Assembly (NCBI GenBank): GCA_964626075.1
Contig: CAZVDD010000018.1
Coordinates: 18,189-82,188, forward strand
DNA length: 64,000 nt
Direction of reading: 5' to 3'
From: an uncultured bacterium
Lineage (GTDB): Bacteria > Hydrothermota > Tepidihabitantia > Tepidihabitantales > Tepidihabitantaceae
Position numbers and translations under genes: made by a program
Shown here: positions 47,354 to 57,141 of the stretch, in pieces
How the letters are laid out: each line of letters starts with the position of its first letter
Numbering within the stretch: position 1 is the first letter of the stretch
The notes under the pieces: generated by a model
The model's input: only the letters and a program-made list of their open reading frames with translations
Databases searched by the model: none
Told to the model about the DNA's origin: nothing

Positions 47354-48164
47354 ACCTCGTAACCTGCCAGTGCATCTTCTGTTGATTCTGGGCAGCGGCG
47401 CAATGTTGTTGCCCTTTTTCTGGATGGTCAGCACCTCGCTCAAAACACCGCTTGAGGCATTAAAATTTCCGCCCACCTGGCTACCTTCGGTCTGGCAAAT
47501 ATCAAATTATGGAGAAGTGTTCCGGCAGATTCCTTTCTGGCGATATCTCGCCAACACCGTATTGATCGCTGCTGCCAGTCTGCTGGGGATTCTTCTCACC
47601 GGCATACCCGCCGCCTACGTATTTGCCCGTTTTCGTTTCCCCGGTAGGGAAATGTTATTTATGGGCTTCCTTGCCCTAATGATGATTCCCCTGCCAGTTT
47701 ATCTTGTCCCCTCTTATATGATTCTCTTCAAACTGGGTTGGATTGACACTTATGCAGCAATGATTGTGCCTTGGATTGTTAACATTTTCTCCATCTTTCT
47801 TCTCCGTCAGCACATCAAGCAATTACCCCAGGATTTGTTTGATGCCGCCCGAATCGATGGCTGTTCGGAATTGTGGACCCTATTACGCATCGTCCTACCC
47901 CTATGCCGGGCACCTCTTGCAACAATCGCGGTATTCAACATTATCTCATCCTGGAACTCATTCTTCTGGCCCCTGATTGTTACCAATTCCGACCAGATTC
48001 GACCTCTCCAGGTGGGACTTGCCTACTTCTCACGAGAACAGTCCACGAACTACACACTTTTAATGGCGGCGACAACGATGGCGATAATTCCCTTAATCAT
48101 CCTGTTCTTTGCCGCACAAAAGCAAATTATCCAATCCCAGGCTCGCGCCGGACTTAAAGAGTAA
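47346..48164 (+). CDS. ABC transporter permease (MalG/UgpE-like)
   Basis: DAARIDGCSELWTLLRIVLP EAA-loop; start moved to MVKPRN, overlapping the upstream stop by 8 nt. Confidence 0.8.
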   Translation: MVKPRNLPVHLLLILGSGAMLLPFFWMVSTSLKTPLEALKFPPTWLPSVWQISNYGEVFRQIPFWRYLANTVLIAAASLLGILLTGIPAAYVFARFRFPGREMLFMGFLALMMIPLPVYLVPSYMILFKLGWIDTYAAMIVPWIVNIFSIFLLRQHIKQLPQDLFDAARIDGCSELWTLLRIVLPLCRAPLATIAVFNIISSWNSFFWPLIVTNSDQIRPLQVGLAYFSREQSTNYTLLMAATTMAIIPLIILFFAAQKQIIQSQARAGLKE

Positions 48165-48222
48165 ATGTTGACAAACCCTGCCTATTTGCTACGCTAATTC
48201 TGATTAACGAAAGGGCTTGATT

Positions 48223-48390
48223 ATGACTTTTCATATTTACCTTGAAGGAACGCCGGTGTATCGTGTCAACATCATCGCCGAGAAAATTGTTGATGAGGGT
48301 GCCAACTACGCCCTTTACGATGAGAAGGGCGTCAAGGTTGCCGAATTTAAAAAGGAGAAAGTTTTAGGTTACGATGTAAGCGAATATTAA
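48223..48390 (+). CDS. Small hypothetical protein (55 aa)
   Basis: Own translation MTFHIYLEGTPVYRVNIIAEKIVDEGANYALYDEKGVKVAEFKKEKVLGYDVSEY; converges on xseB with a 4-nt overlap; below the track's size cut-off. Confidence 0.35.
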   Translation: MTFHIYLEGTPVYRVNIIAEKIVDEGANYALYDEKGVKVAEFKKEKVLGYDVSEY

Positions 48391-48635
48391 TCCTCAGCCT
48401 TAAACGGCTCCTCGGCAAAAACCCCTTCCTTTTCTTTTATTAACTTAGAGACCTTCAATTCAGCTACCGCGAGTTTTTCCTTGCACAACCGGGCAAGTTT
48501 AACACCACGCTCAAAAAGCTCCAGCGACTTTTCGAGACTTAAACTCCCGGCTTCAAGCTCCTTTACGATTTTTTCCAGTTCGGTAAGCGCCTGCTCAAAA
48601 TCGATTGATTCAACATCACTGTTTTTACCCGCCAC
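48387..48635 (-). CDS. xseB: Exodeoxyribonuclease VII small subunit
   Basis: FEQALTELEKIVKELEAGSLSLEKSLELFERG canonical XseB; downstream of xseA. Confidence 0.88.
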   Translation of the reverse strand: MAGKNSDVESIDFEQALTELEKIVKELEAGSLSLEKSLELFERGVKLARLCKEKLAVAELKVSKLIKEKEGVFAEEPFKAED

Positions 48636-49986
48636 CGTTCACTCCTTTCATTATATCTTTTACCTGGCAGTCCAAGCTGCCATCGACAATCCGTACGACA
48701 ACTTCATCACCCAACCGGATATTATCAACACTCACGACAACACTGCCATCCGGTTTCTGGCAGATGGCGTAACCCCGGGCAAGCTGGGCAAGGGGACTGA
48801 GGGCGTCAAGGCTCGCTGCTGCCTTTGTCAACCTGGCATCGATTTTATTTTTCGCATTAATAAAGCCCTTCTCCAGTCTTGAAGAAAATGTTTCCAGCAA
48901 GACCCGCCAGTGCATCACTCGAGCCACCGGGTTTTGGCGATTTAACCGTTCAACCACTGAGTTCAATTTCTGATAGCCCAAATTAACCTTTTGGTTCAAC
49001 GCCCGGTTCAACATCTCGGCAAGCAGTTCAGTCTGATATCGAGCTTCACTTAACCGCCGGGAGACATTTTCAAAACCGCGATGTTTTATCAAGACATCGA
49101 CCGATCGCTCCTGATCGAAAATAAACTCCTGGACTCTTTGTTTCATCTCAACCCACAAATCATCCAGGCGCTTTTCGAACTCTTCCCAGCCCCGTGCCAC
49201 CAAAGTAGCAGCAGCGGTTGGAGTCGCGGCTCGGACATCGGCAACAAAATCGGCAATTGTCCAGTCAACCTCATGCCCAATTCCAGTTACCACCGGTACC
49301 CGGGAACTCGCAATCGCCCGGGCAACAACCTCCTCGTTAAATGGCCAGAGGTCTTCCCAGGAACCGCCACCCCGGCCAACAATAAGCAACTCGACATTTT
49401 CAAGCGTGTTCATCTCCCAAATTGCTTGGGCAATCTGTTCCGCCGCACCTTCCCCCTGAACCTGAACCGGGTAAATAAGCACTTTCAAATGGGCACGATG
49501 TAACTGCAAGGTTCTCAACATATCGTGAATCGCAGCACCGGCAGGGGAGGTAATAATACCGATAGTTTGGGGTAACTTTGGAAGCGGCCGCTTTCTTTCG
49601 GGTTTGAACAGTCCCTCCCTTTCTAGTTTCCGCTTCAACTCCTCAAACGCCCTTTGCAGCGCGCCCAATCCTTTCGGTTCAATCGTGTCAAGAATCAACT
49701 GATACCTGCCATTGGGAACATAGACCTCCACTCGACCATGACCGATAATGAGGTCACCATCTTTCAACTGAAACTTCAACCGCTGTGCCGCTTCGCGAAA
49801 ACATACCGCTGGAATTTGCGACCTTTCATCCTTTAAAGCAAAATACAGATGACCCGAAGGATAAGCTTTAAAATTGGAAACTTCGCCCACCACCCAGATA
49901 TCAGAAAACTCCGACCTTAGCCGGTCGTCAACCATCTTGTTAATCTGATAGACCGTATAAATCTTATTTGCCGGTACCGCTGCCAT
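48625..49986 (-). CDS. xseA: Exodeoxyribonuclease VII large subunit
   Basis: N-terminal OB-fold (VWVVGEVSNFKAYPSGHLYFALKD) and central catalytic region; 453 aa. Confidence 0.88.
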   Translation of the reverse strand: MAAVPANKIYTVYQINKMVDDRLRSEFSDIWVVGEVSNFKAYPSGHLYFALKDERSQIPAVCFREAAQRLKFQLKDGDLIIGHGRVEVYVPNGRYQLILDTIEPKGLGALQRAFEELKRKLEREGLFKPERKRPLPKLPQTIGIITSPAGAAIHDMLRTLQLHRAHLKVLIYPVQVQGEGAAEQIAQAIWEMNTLENVELLIVGRGGGSWEDLWPFNEEVVARAIASSRVPVVTGIGHEVDWTIADFVADVRAATPTAAATLVARGWEEFEKRLDDLWVEMKQRVQEFIFDQERSVDVLIKHRGFENVSRRLSEARYQTELLAEMLNRALNQKVNLGYQKLNSVVERLNRQNPVARVMHWRVLLETFSSRLEKGFINAKNKIDARLTKAAASLDALSPLAQLARGYAICQKPDGSVVVSVDNIRLGDEVVVRIVDGSLDCQVKDIMKGVNGGG

Positions 49987-50054
49987 CGCGCCTTTTTAAT
50001 TAATCAACATCCGACCACGGTGATTCTCTACCTACCGTCGGAACAATAACGCCC

Positions 50055-50912
50055 CTACTTGCCGCCGTAGTCGTAAAATCCCTTTCCGGTCTTTCGCCCC
50101 AGAAATCCGGCGGCGACCATCCGTTTAAGTAATGGGCAGGGACGATATTTCGGATCCCCTAAATCCTCATACAGTACCTCAAGAATCGCCAGGACGACAT
50201 CCAGCCCGATTAAATCGGCAAGTGCCAGTGGTCCCATCGGGTGATTCATCCCTAACCTCATCACTGTATCAATGGCTTCTTTGTCGGCGACACCGGTTTC
50301 AAGACAGAAAATCGCTTCGTTGATCATCGGCATCAGCACCCGGTTTGAAACAAAACCAGGCGAATCGTTCACCACCACCGGTGTTTTGCCCAATTCCTTA
50401 GACAGGGCGACAATCTCATCAACCACACCGGCAGCGGTCGCTAACCCGCGCACCACTTCAACCAACTGCATCAATGGCACCGGGTTCATAAAGTGCATTC
50501 CGACAACCTTTTCGGGCCGTTTGGTTGCCGCTCCCAGCAGCGTCACAGAAATTGTCGATGTATTAGTAGCAAGCATCGTCTCAGGCGAACAGACCGCATC
50601 AAGTTTCTGAAACAGTTCCTTCTTCAACTTCACATCCTCAGTAACCGCTTCAACCACCAGACCGCAGCCCTCACAGGTTTCAAGGTTCAAATTCGAGCTG
50701 ATACGCGCTCGGGCCGCTGCCGCAACCTCAGCCGTCATCTTACCCTTCTCAACCAGTTTATCCAGCGACTTTTTAATCGTTGCCACTCCCCGGTCCAGAA
50801 ACCGCTGGTCAACATCAACCAGCACAACATCGTAACCCGCCATTGCAAACACCTGGGCGATACCCGAACCCATTGTGCCCGCACCAATGACACCAACTTT
50901 ACGACTCTGCAT
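50055..50912 (-). CDS. hbd: 3-hydroxyacyl-CoA / 3-hydroxybutyryl-CoA dehydrogenase
   Basis: [19 protein letters not shown]-binding motif; 285 aa, Hbd-like throughout. Confidence 0.88.
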   Translation of the reverse strand: MQSRKVGVIGAGTMGSGIAQVFAMAGYDVVLVDVDQRFLDRGVATIKKSLDKLVEKGKMTAEVAAAARARISSNLNLETCEGCGLVVEAVTEDVKLKKELFQKLDAVCSPETMLATNTSTISVTLLGAATKRPEKVVGMHFMNPVPLMQLVEVVRGLATAAGVVDEIVALSKELGKTPVVVNDSPGFVSNRVLMPMINEAIFCLETGVADKEAIDTVMRLGMNHPMGPLALADLIGLDVVLAILEVLYEDLGDPKYRPCPLLKRMVAAGFLGRKTGKGFYDYGGK

Positions 50913-50960
50913 ATTTGCTCCTTTCTTTTTTATAAAAAGTTAGGTGCCCGAAAATAAAAG

Positions 50961-51617
50961 TCAATTAATACCCCGCCAGCGGGCTATTAAATCAATCAAC
51001 CGCCGGCCATTCTCCGGTGTAAACTGAAATCTTCCATCGGGCAGCAACTCATTCAACGCCTCTGGCTCTTCCCTCTTAAGCCATTGCCAGAAAGCCACTC
51101 CTCTACCCGTCAATAATATCACAACAGTTTGGTCCGGCTCAACAACCAGTTTATCTATCTTGCCCCCGTCAATAAAAAACTTCGCATTGTAAACCATCGG
51201 TTCAACTTCCAGAAGGTGCAACCAGTTATTTGTCTCCTCTAAACGACAGAAAATAGTATCGCCCTGCACTGCCGGTTCCGACATTGATAGCCTTACATTA
51301 ACCGTTCGGGCATAACCTAAAAAGTCCTTTATCTCCTTGCTGCCTCGTGCCATCACTCCTAAACCCTTAACCTCTAATGACCCATTTGCTCTCCAGAGTC
51401 TGAGCAGCCGGTGCTCGCTTTGCCGTCCCACACCATAAACAAAGGTTCGAACCAAACCCAGTCCGCTGCCACGCCGCTTTTGCCCTTCCTGAAGAAAAGC
51501 CGGCGCACACCCAAATTCCCAACATAAAATCCCAACAATTAAGAACAAAACCTTGCGGACCATCACTGTTAGTTCTATCAACGTAATGTCGCCTGTCAAC
51601 ATCGTATCAATCCTCAT
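50961..51617 (-). CDS. Hypothetical membrane-anchored or lipoprotein
   Basis: 218 aa with N-terminal hydrophobic segment (VLFLIVGILCWEFGCA); no recognisable domain. Confidence 0.4.
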   Translation of the reverse strand: MRIDTMLTGDITLIELTVMVRKVLFLIVGILCWEFGCAPAFLQEGQKRRGSGLGLVRTFVYGVGRQSEHRLLRLWRANGSLEVKGLGVMARGSKEIKDFLGYARTVNVRLSMSEPAVQGDTIFCRLEETNNWLHLLEVEPMVYNAKFFIDGGKIDKLVVEPDQTVVILLTGRGVAFWQWLKREEPEALNELLPDGRFQFTPENGRRLIDLIARWRGIN

Positions 51618-51679
51618 CGATTCTGAAATCCTTCACTCCAAGTTTGACTATTTTAGCTTAACCGCTATCCTTACCATCT

Positions 51680-52459
51680 ATGGTAAAAGTCTGCGTCCTG
51701 TTTGCCGCGGGGATAAACTGCGACCAGGAAACGGCGTATGCGTTTGAACTTGCCGGTGCTGACACCGAAACCGTGCACATCAATCGGTTAAAAGAAAAAC
51801 CCCAATTGCTTGACCGGTATCAGATTTTTGTCATCCCCGGGGGGTTTTCGTACGGCGACTACATCGCTTCGGGTCGTGTCCTGGCAAATGAGTTAAAACA
51901 TCACCGTGCCGAAGAGATTTGCCGTTTCTTGGAAAAAGGCAAACTTATCCTGGGCATCTGTAACGGTTTTCAGGTGCTGGTCAAATCCGGGCTCCTGCCG
52001 GGCTTTGAAAGGCCGTTTGAGCCCCAGACCGTAACGCTTGACACCAACGATTCCGCCCGTTATGAAGACCGCTGGGTATATCTCAAAACCGAGCATTCCC
52101 CCTGCGTTTTTACCTCAAACCTGCCCGAAATCGTCTACTTGCCCGTTGCCCACGCCGAAGGCAAGTTCATTCCCGGTTCTCATCAGGTACTCAAACAGTT
52201 GAAAGGTAACAACCAGATTGTATTCCGCTATGTCACCGTCCGCGGTCAAGAGGCAAAATATCCTGATAACCCAAATGGCTCGGTGGAAGGAATCGCCGGC
52301 ATCTGCGACCCGACCGGTCGGATTTTTGGTCTGATGCCCCATCCCGAACGTTACATCAGGATTGAACACCATCCCCGCTGGCATCGGGAAAGTTTGACAA
52401 AACCGGACGGAATCGCCATATTTGAAAACGCGGTACAATATGTCAAAAAGAACCTCTAA
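51680..52459 (+). CDS. purQ: Phosphoribosylformylglycinamidine synthase subunit PurQ (class I glutamine amidotransferase)
   Basis: GICNGFQ nucleophile-elbow Cys, C-terminal MPHPER motif; 259 aa. Confidence 0.75.
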   Translation: MVKVCVLFAAGINCDQETAYAFELAGADTETVHINRLKEKPQLLDRYQIFVIPGGFSYGDYIASGRVLANELKHHRAEEICRFLEKGKLILGICNGFQVLVKSGLLPGFERPFEPQTVTLDTNDSARYEDRWVYLKTEHSPCVFTSNLPEIVYLPVAHAEGKFIPGSHQVLKQLKGNNQIVFRYVTVRGQEAKYPDNPNGSVEGIAGICDPTGRIFGLMPHPERYIRIEHHPRWHRESLTKPDGIAIFENAVQYVKKNL

Positions 52460-52775
52460 ACAAACCGCCCCGGCAAGAATCAGTGACCATCCGATTCTGA
52501 AATTCGAGCGGGGGCGAGAGATAACTTTCTTTTTTGAAGGCAAACCTATGAAGGGTTACGAGGGCGAAACAATTGCTGCTGCCCTGGTTGCCAATGGGGT
52601 CAAAGTGTTTCGATACAGCGAAAAACACAATCGGGCTCGGGGATTTTTCTGCGCCGTTGGCAAATGCTCCTCCTGCTTAATGGTTGTTGACGGCAAACCC
52701 AATACAATGGTCTGCATGGAACCACTACGCGCAGGAATACGTGTGGAACGACAACGCGGCAGAGGAAAAATATGA
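52440..52775 (+). CDS. 2Fe-2S-binding small subunit of a heteromeric FAD oxidoreductase (HcnA / opine-oxidase subunit-like)
   Basis: FFFEGKPMKGYEGETIAAALVANGVKVF...CAVGKCSSC; about 110 aa. Confidence 0.6.
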   Translation: MSKRTSKQTAPARISDHPILKFERGREITFFFEGKPMKGYEGETIAAALVANGVKVFRYSEKHNRARGFFCAVGKCSSCLMVVDGKPNTMVCMEPLRAGIRVERQRGRGKI

Positions 52776-53866
52776 GTAACATTAAAGATGGCGGCATTGT
52801 AATTGTCGGGGGCGGTCCAGCCGGGCTTTCCGCCGCAATCATTGCGGCGCAACTGGGCGCACCGGTCACTTTAATTGACGACAACCCGCGCCTTGGGGGC
52901 CAACTGATTAAACAGACCCACAAATTCTTTGGTTCGAAAAGCCACTACTGCGGCACCAGGGGGGTGGACATCGCCACCATTCTTGAACAGCAACTTTACT
53001 CAACACCGGCAAAAGTCATCCTCAACACAACTGTAATAGGCCACTTTTCACCCAACATCCTTGGGCTCGCCGACCGCAACACCTTTACCAAACTTGCCTA
53101 CCAGCGTTTAATCGTCGCAACCGGTGCCAATGAAAACACCATCCTGTTCGAAAACAACGACCTGCCAGGAATTTACGGTGCGGGTGCGGTCCAGACCCTA
53201 ATGAATGTGTTTGGCATCAGACCGGGTAACAAAGTTTTAATGGTCGGCTCAGGAAACATAGGTCTAATCGTCTCCTATCAACTGATTCAAGCGGGTATCA
53301 ATGTGGTGGCAGTAATTGAAGCGCTTCCTAAGATTGGTGGCTATCATGTTCATGCTGCAAAACTTGCCCGATTGGGCATCCCGATACTCACCTCGTACAC
53401 AATCAAAGCGGCGTTGGGTAAGGAGTTTGTTACCGGTGCGGTCATCTGTCGGGTTGATAAAAATTTCAAACCAATCAGAGGAACCGAAAAAAGATTAAAG
53501 GTAGACACGATTTGCCTCGCCGTCGGATTATCGCCATTAGTAGAGCTGCTGTCCCAGATTGGCTGCCAGATGGTATTTATTCCAGAACTGGGGGGGCAGG
53601 TTGCCTACCACAACGCCAATATGGAAACGACCGTTTCCGGAGTGTATGTTGCCGGTGATGCCAGCGGGGTTGAAGAAGCGTCAACCGCAATGCTTGAAGG
53701 CCGAATTGCCGGTGCCCATGCTGCCGGCAATTTACTCGGTAAGATTGCCGAAGCGCAAGCCATTATAAATCAGGCGCAGTCAGAGCTCGCCGCCATCCGT
53801 CAGGGTCCCTTTGGTGAAAAAGCGGCAAAGGGCAAAGAAAAGATGAGTTACACCGTCCACCAATAA
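52772..53866 (+). CDS. FAD-dependent pyridine-nucleotide-disulfide-type oxidoreductase (HcnB / sarcosine-oxidase alpha-like)
   Basis: IVIVGGGPAGLSAAIIAAQLG and MVGSGNIGLIVSYQL Rossmann motifs; translationally coupled to the 2Fe-2S gene. Confidence 0.65.
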   Translation: MSNIKDGGIVIVGGGPAGLSAAIIAAQLGAPVTLIDDNPRLGGQLIKQTHKFFGSKSHYCGTRGVDIATILEQQLYSTPAKVILNTTVIGHFSPNILGLADRNTFTKLAYQRLIVATGANENTILFENNDLPGIYGAGAVQTLMNVFGIRPGNKVLMVGSGNIGLIVSYQLIQAGINVVAVIEALPKIGGYHVHAAKLARLGIPILTSYTIKAALGKEFVTGAVICRVDKNFKPIRGTEKRLKVDTICLAVGLSPLVELLSQIGCQMVFIPELGGQVAYHNANMETTVSGVYVAGDASGVEEASTAMLEGRIAGAHAAGNLLGKIAEAQAIINQAQSELAAIRQGPFGEKAAKGKEKMSYTVHQ

Positions 53867-53877
53867 ACTGCCCAGGA

Positions 53878-56223
53878 ATGAAAACCAAAATCAAAAAGAT
53901 TAACACCTGTCCCGGACCAAAAAATCGGTTTGTTCCAGCAATTCCCTATCTCGTACTTACCGGTGCAACCGTTTTATTTTTCTGGGAAATTTTAACCGGA
54001 CAGAACTTCCTCTGGGAGGACATCCTCTATCAATACTACCCGTTCCACTCCTTCCTTTTTAGAAATCTGCGTCAGTTTCATCTCCCCCTCTGGAACCCAT
54101 ATATGTTTGCTGGTATGCCGTTTCTTGCCGACATCCAGACTCAGGTTTTTTACCCGCTCAACTGGCTTTTTGCCTTTATCACCCGCTCAAACCAGAACTA
54201 TGTGTTCTGGCTGGTCGAACTGCAATGCATCCTCCATCTATTTCTCGGCGCACTGGGTTTTTATCTCCTGATGCGGGAGTTAAAACTCTCCCGATATTCG
54301 GGCATCGTTGCCGCCATCACCTTCGGCTTCTCCGGATTTATGATTAGCCACACAATCCACCTTACCATCATCAGCACCTTTGGCTGGTTCCCGCTCATCC
54401 TGTTATTTTTTTATCGAACCCTGTTCCAGCGTCGATTACGCGATGCCAGCGCCACCGCACTCACTCTCGGACTTGCCAATCTCGCGGGTCATCCTCAAAT
54501 GACCCTTCATATCGTCTATGCCCTCTTATTTCTCTTTATTCTCTACCTGATTTTCAACTGGCACAGTGAACGTGCCCGGATAATAAAAACCCACATCCCG
54601 CTTTTTCTCTTGACAATTTTCCTTGGTTTTGCCCTCTCCGCAGCCGCCTATCTTCCGGCATATCGTTATTCACTTCACACCGTTCGGGAAATGATGTCAT
54701 ACCACGAAGCGACCGAAACATCCTTACCACCCTGGTTTCTCATCACCATTCTCATCCCCAAATTTTTTGGTAGCGTTGCCGGTGGCGTTGAAGAAACCGC
54801 TCCTTTCTGGGTTGACCCGGCACGCTACACCTACTGGGAGACCTGCCTCTATGTTGGAATTGTGCCCCTCCTACTTGCCGGTATCGCAATTGTCTTCAGC
54901 CGCAACAAAATCCGCTGGCAATTTCTCATTTTGGGCATTGTCGCGCTGCTTTTTGCTCTGGGAAGATTTACACCGCTCTACCGCCTGGCCTTCAACCTTC
55001 TGCCCGGTTTCGACCGGTTCCGAATCCCGGCACGGTTTGTTGACCTGTTCACTGTCGCAATTGCCTTTCTCTCTGGACTGGGCATAGAGGTTCTAATCCA
55101 ATCCCAGCCCAAACCGGACCCTAAATCAAAAACCCGGGGTTATCGGCTCTTGTTCCCGGGATTAACCTTACTCGCTTACGGAGGAGTAATTTTATTGCTC
55201 CTCATCACCGGTTTACTGGAGAAAATTTTTCCCCCTCTTCACGACCCGCACCTGTTTCGCAACAGCCTGACCCAAACCGGTATTATGTTCATCTTCCTCA
55301 TCAGTGGACTACTGCTTGTCTTTCTCTCAACAAATGCGTCAAAATACCGCCCTTTATTTTTCAGTCTGCTGGTCGGTGTTGCCTTCCTCGACCTTTATAC
55401 ATTTGGTCATCGCTTCAGCCTGGGGACAATTCCTCCCGAACAGTTTTATCCCCTCCGCCCCTTTATCAATACACTTATCGAAGAGCATAAAAAAGAACCT
55501 TTCCGCATCAACGCCCGCAGCGGTCCTTATATGCTCCTGCAACGCAATGAAGGTTTACTCTGGGAACTGGAACTACTTGAAGGTTACACACCGTTAAAAC
55601 TAACCGACTATGTCACCTTTGAAATTCCAATCAATCGCCGCAACGACCTGTTAAATGTCCGTTACGGAATTCACATTGACTCGGTTCGGGGAACAATGAC
55701 CCTGATCCAGAATCAAACCCCGTTACCCCGTTACTGGCTTGCCGACTCTTTTATAGTCGTCACCGACCGGGTAACAATCCTTAATCGCCTCGCCGACACC
55801 ACCTTTGACTACCGCCGGATTGCCATCCTTGAAGAAAAGCCCGCTTTGAATCTTGCACAACTATCCTCGCCCAGCCCTAATCTCGCCACCGACAACTCGC
55901 CGCAAGAAGGTATCACGGTGCTAAAACGCACAAACGAACGAATTGAACTTACGGTTGAGACCGACAAACCGGCAATCCTGATGTTTTCAGAAATCTACTA
56001 TCCAGAGTGGCAGGCAACAGTTGATGGTAAACGAGCAAAATTGATGCGCGCTGATTACTGCCTGCGTGCCCTACCCTTGTCGGCGGGCAAGCATAAAGTT
56101 GTCACCTGGTATGACCGCACCGTTATCAACCTCGGCATTTTTATCAGCAAACTCGCCTTCCTCGCCATCATCCTCATTTTCCTTTTTACGCGCGCCGCTC
56201 CAAACATTCATCAACGCAAGTAA
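53878..56223 (+). CDS. YfhO-family polytopic membrane protein (putative lipid-linked glycan glycosyltransferase)
   Basis: 781 aa with many transmembrane segments and C-terminal EIYYPEWQATVDGKRAKLMRADY motif characteristic of YfhO proteins. Confidence 0.7.
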   Translation: MKTKIKKINTCPGPKNRFVPAIPYLVLTGATVLFFWEILTGQNFLWEDILYQYYPFHSFLFRNLRQFHLPLWNPYMFAGMPFLADIQTQVFYPLNWLFAFITRSNQNYVFWLVELQCILHLFLGALGFYLLMRELKLSRYSGIVAAITFGFSGFMISHTIHLTIISTFGWFPLILLFFYRTLFQRRLRDASATALTLGLANLAGHPQMTLHIVYALLFLFILYLIFNWHSERARIIKTHIPLFLLTIFLGFALSAAAYLPAYRYSLHTVREMMSYHEATETSLPPWFLITILIPKFFGSVAGGVEETAPFWVDPARYTYWETCLYVGIVPLLLAGIAIVFSRNKIRWQFLILGIVALLFALGRFTPLYRLAFNLLPGFDRFRIPARFVDLFTVAIAFLSGLGIEVLIQSQPKPDPKSKTRGYRLLFPGLTLLAYGGVILLLLITGLLEKIFPPLHDPHLFRNSLTQTGIMFIFLISGLLLVFLSTNASKYRPLFFSLLVGVAFLDLYTFGHRFSLGTIPPEQFYPLRPFINTLIEEHKKEPFRINARSGPYMLLQRNEGLLWELELLEGYTPLKLTDYVTFEIPINRRNDLLNVRYGIHIDSVRGTMTLIQNQTPLPRYWLADSFIVVTDRVTILNRLADTTFDYRRIAILEEKPALNLAQLSSPSPNLATDNSPQEGITVLKRTNERIELTVETDKPAILMFSEIYYPEWQATVDGKRAKLMRADYCLRALPLSAGKHKVVTWYDRTVINLGIFISKLAFLAIILIFLFTRAAPNIHQRK

Positions 56224-57119
56224 AGTACCGCCACAACACTTAACAACCACAAAACAATGTCGATAATCAACGGCACATCCGTAAACAAAACCCTTTCCGG
56301 TGCGCCACCCTCCTCTTTGCGATAAACCAAGTACAGATAGCGATAAATGCCGTAAAGAACAAACGGGACAGTTAGAATCAGGTTGTGGGTTCTAAATTTA
56401 TGTACCGTCTCCGGTGCAATCGTATAAAGGCAGTAGGCGATAACGGTTGAAGATGTCGCCACCGCTATCATCTGGTCTAAAAGCGTCTCCGAATATTTTC
56501 CCAACACACTTCGATGAGAAATCCCCCCGCCTTCAAGGTAGAGCAGTTCGTGGCGCCGTTTTGCCAGTGCCAGAAAAAGGGCGAGGAGAATAGCACAGAC
56601 AAAAAGCCAGGGTGAAATCTGGACCTGAACCAGAAATGTACCGGAAATCGCCCGAATCGCAAAACCGGTCGCCACTACCATCACATCGAGAACCACAATT
56701 TTCTTCAGGTAAAACGAATATGCCAGTTGCAAAATGAAATAACTTAAAATCAACAGGCCAAAGCGCAATGTCAAAACAAACCCACCGCCAATCCCCAGTA
56801 TCACGGCGAGTACCGCCGCAATCCCGGCGGTTCCCACCTTTATCTCGCCTGCGGCGATTGGCCGGAACTTTTTCTTGGGGTGGGAACGGTCATTCTCCCG
56901 GTCAAGAATGTCGTTGATGATATAAACTGCGCCCGAAACCAAGCAGAAGGCGATAAATCCGGCAAATGTTTCCAATAACTTCATCACATTGAAAAGATTC
57001 TGGGAAAAAATTAACGGTGCAAAGACCAGAAGGTTCTTGACCCACTGTTTGGGCCGCATTGACTTTACAATTGCCCACAACATAGTTATCAGTTTTACAG
57101 GAAACGGTGCAACTGTCAA
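56211..57119 (-). CDS. UbiA-family prenyltransferase, decaprenyl-phosphate phosphoribosyltransferase (DPPR synthase)-like
   Basis: NDILDRENDRSHPKKKFRPIAAGEI aspartate-rich motif; about 8 transmembrane segments. Confidence 0.7.
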   Translation of the reverse strand: MTVAPFPVKLITMLWAIVKSMRPKQWVKNLLVFAPLIFSQNLFNVMKLLETFAGFIAFCLVSGAVYIINDILDRENDRSHPKKKFRPIAAGEIKVGTAGIAAVLAVILGIGGGFVLTLRFGLLILSYFILQLAYSFYLKKIVVLDVMVVATGFAIRAISGTFLVQVQISPWLFVCAILLALFLALAKRRHELLYLEGGGISHRSVLGKYSETLLDQMIAVATSSTVIAYCLYTIAPETVHKFRTHNLILTVPFVLYGIYRYLYLVYRKEEGGAPERVLFTDVPLIIDIVLWLLSVVAVLYLR

Positions 57120-57141
57120 CTTATGCCCGACTTTTCAGTTG

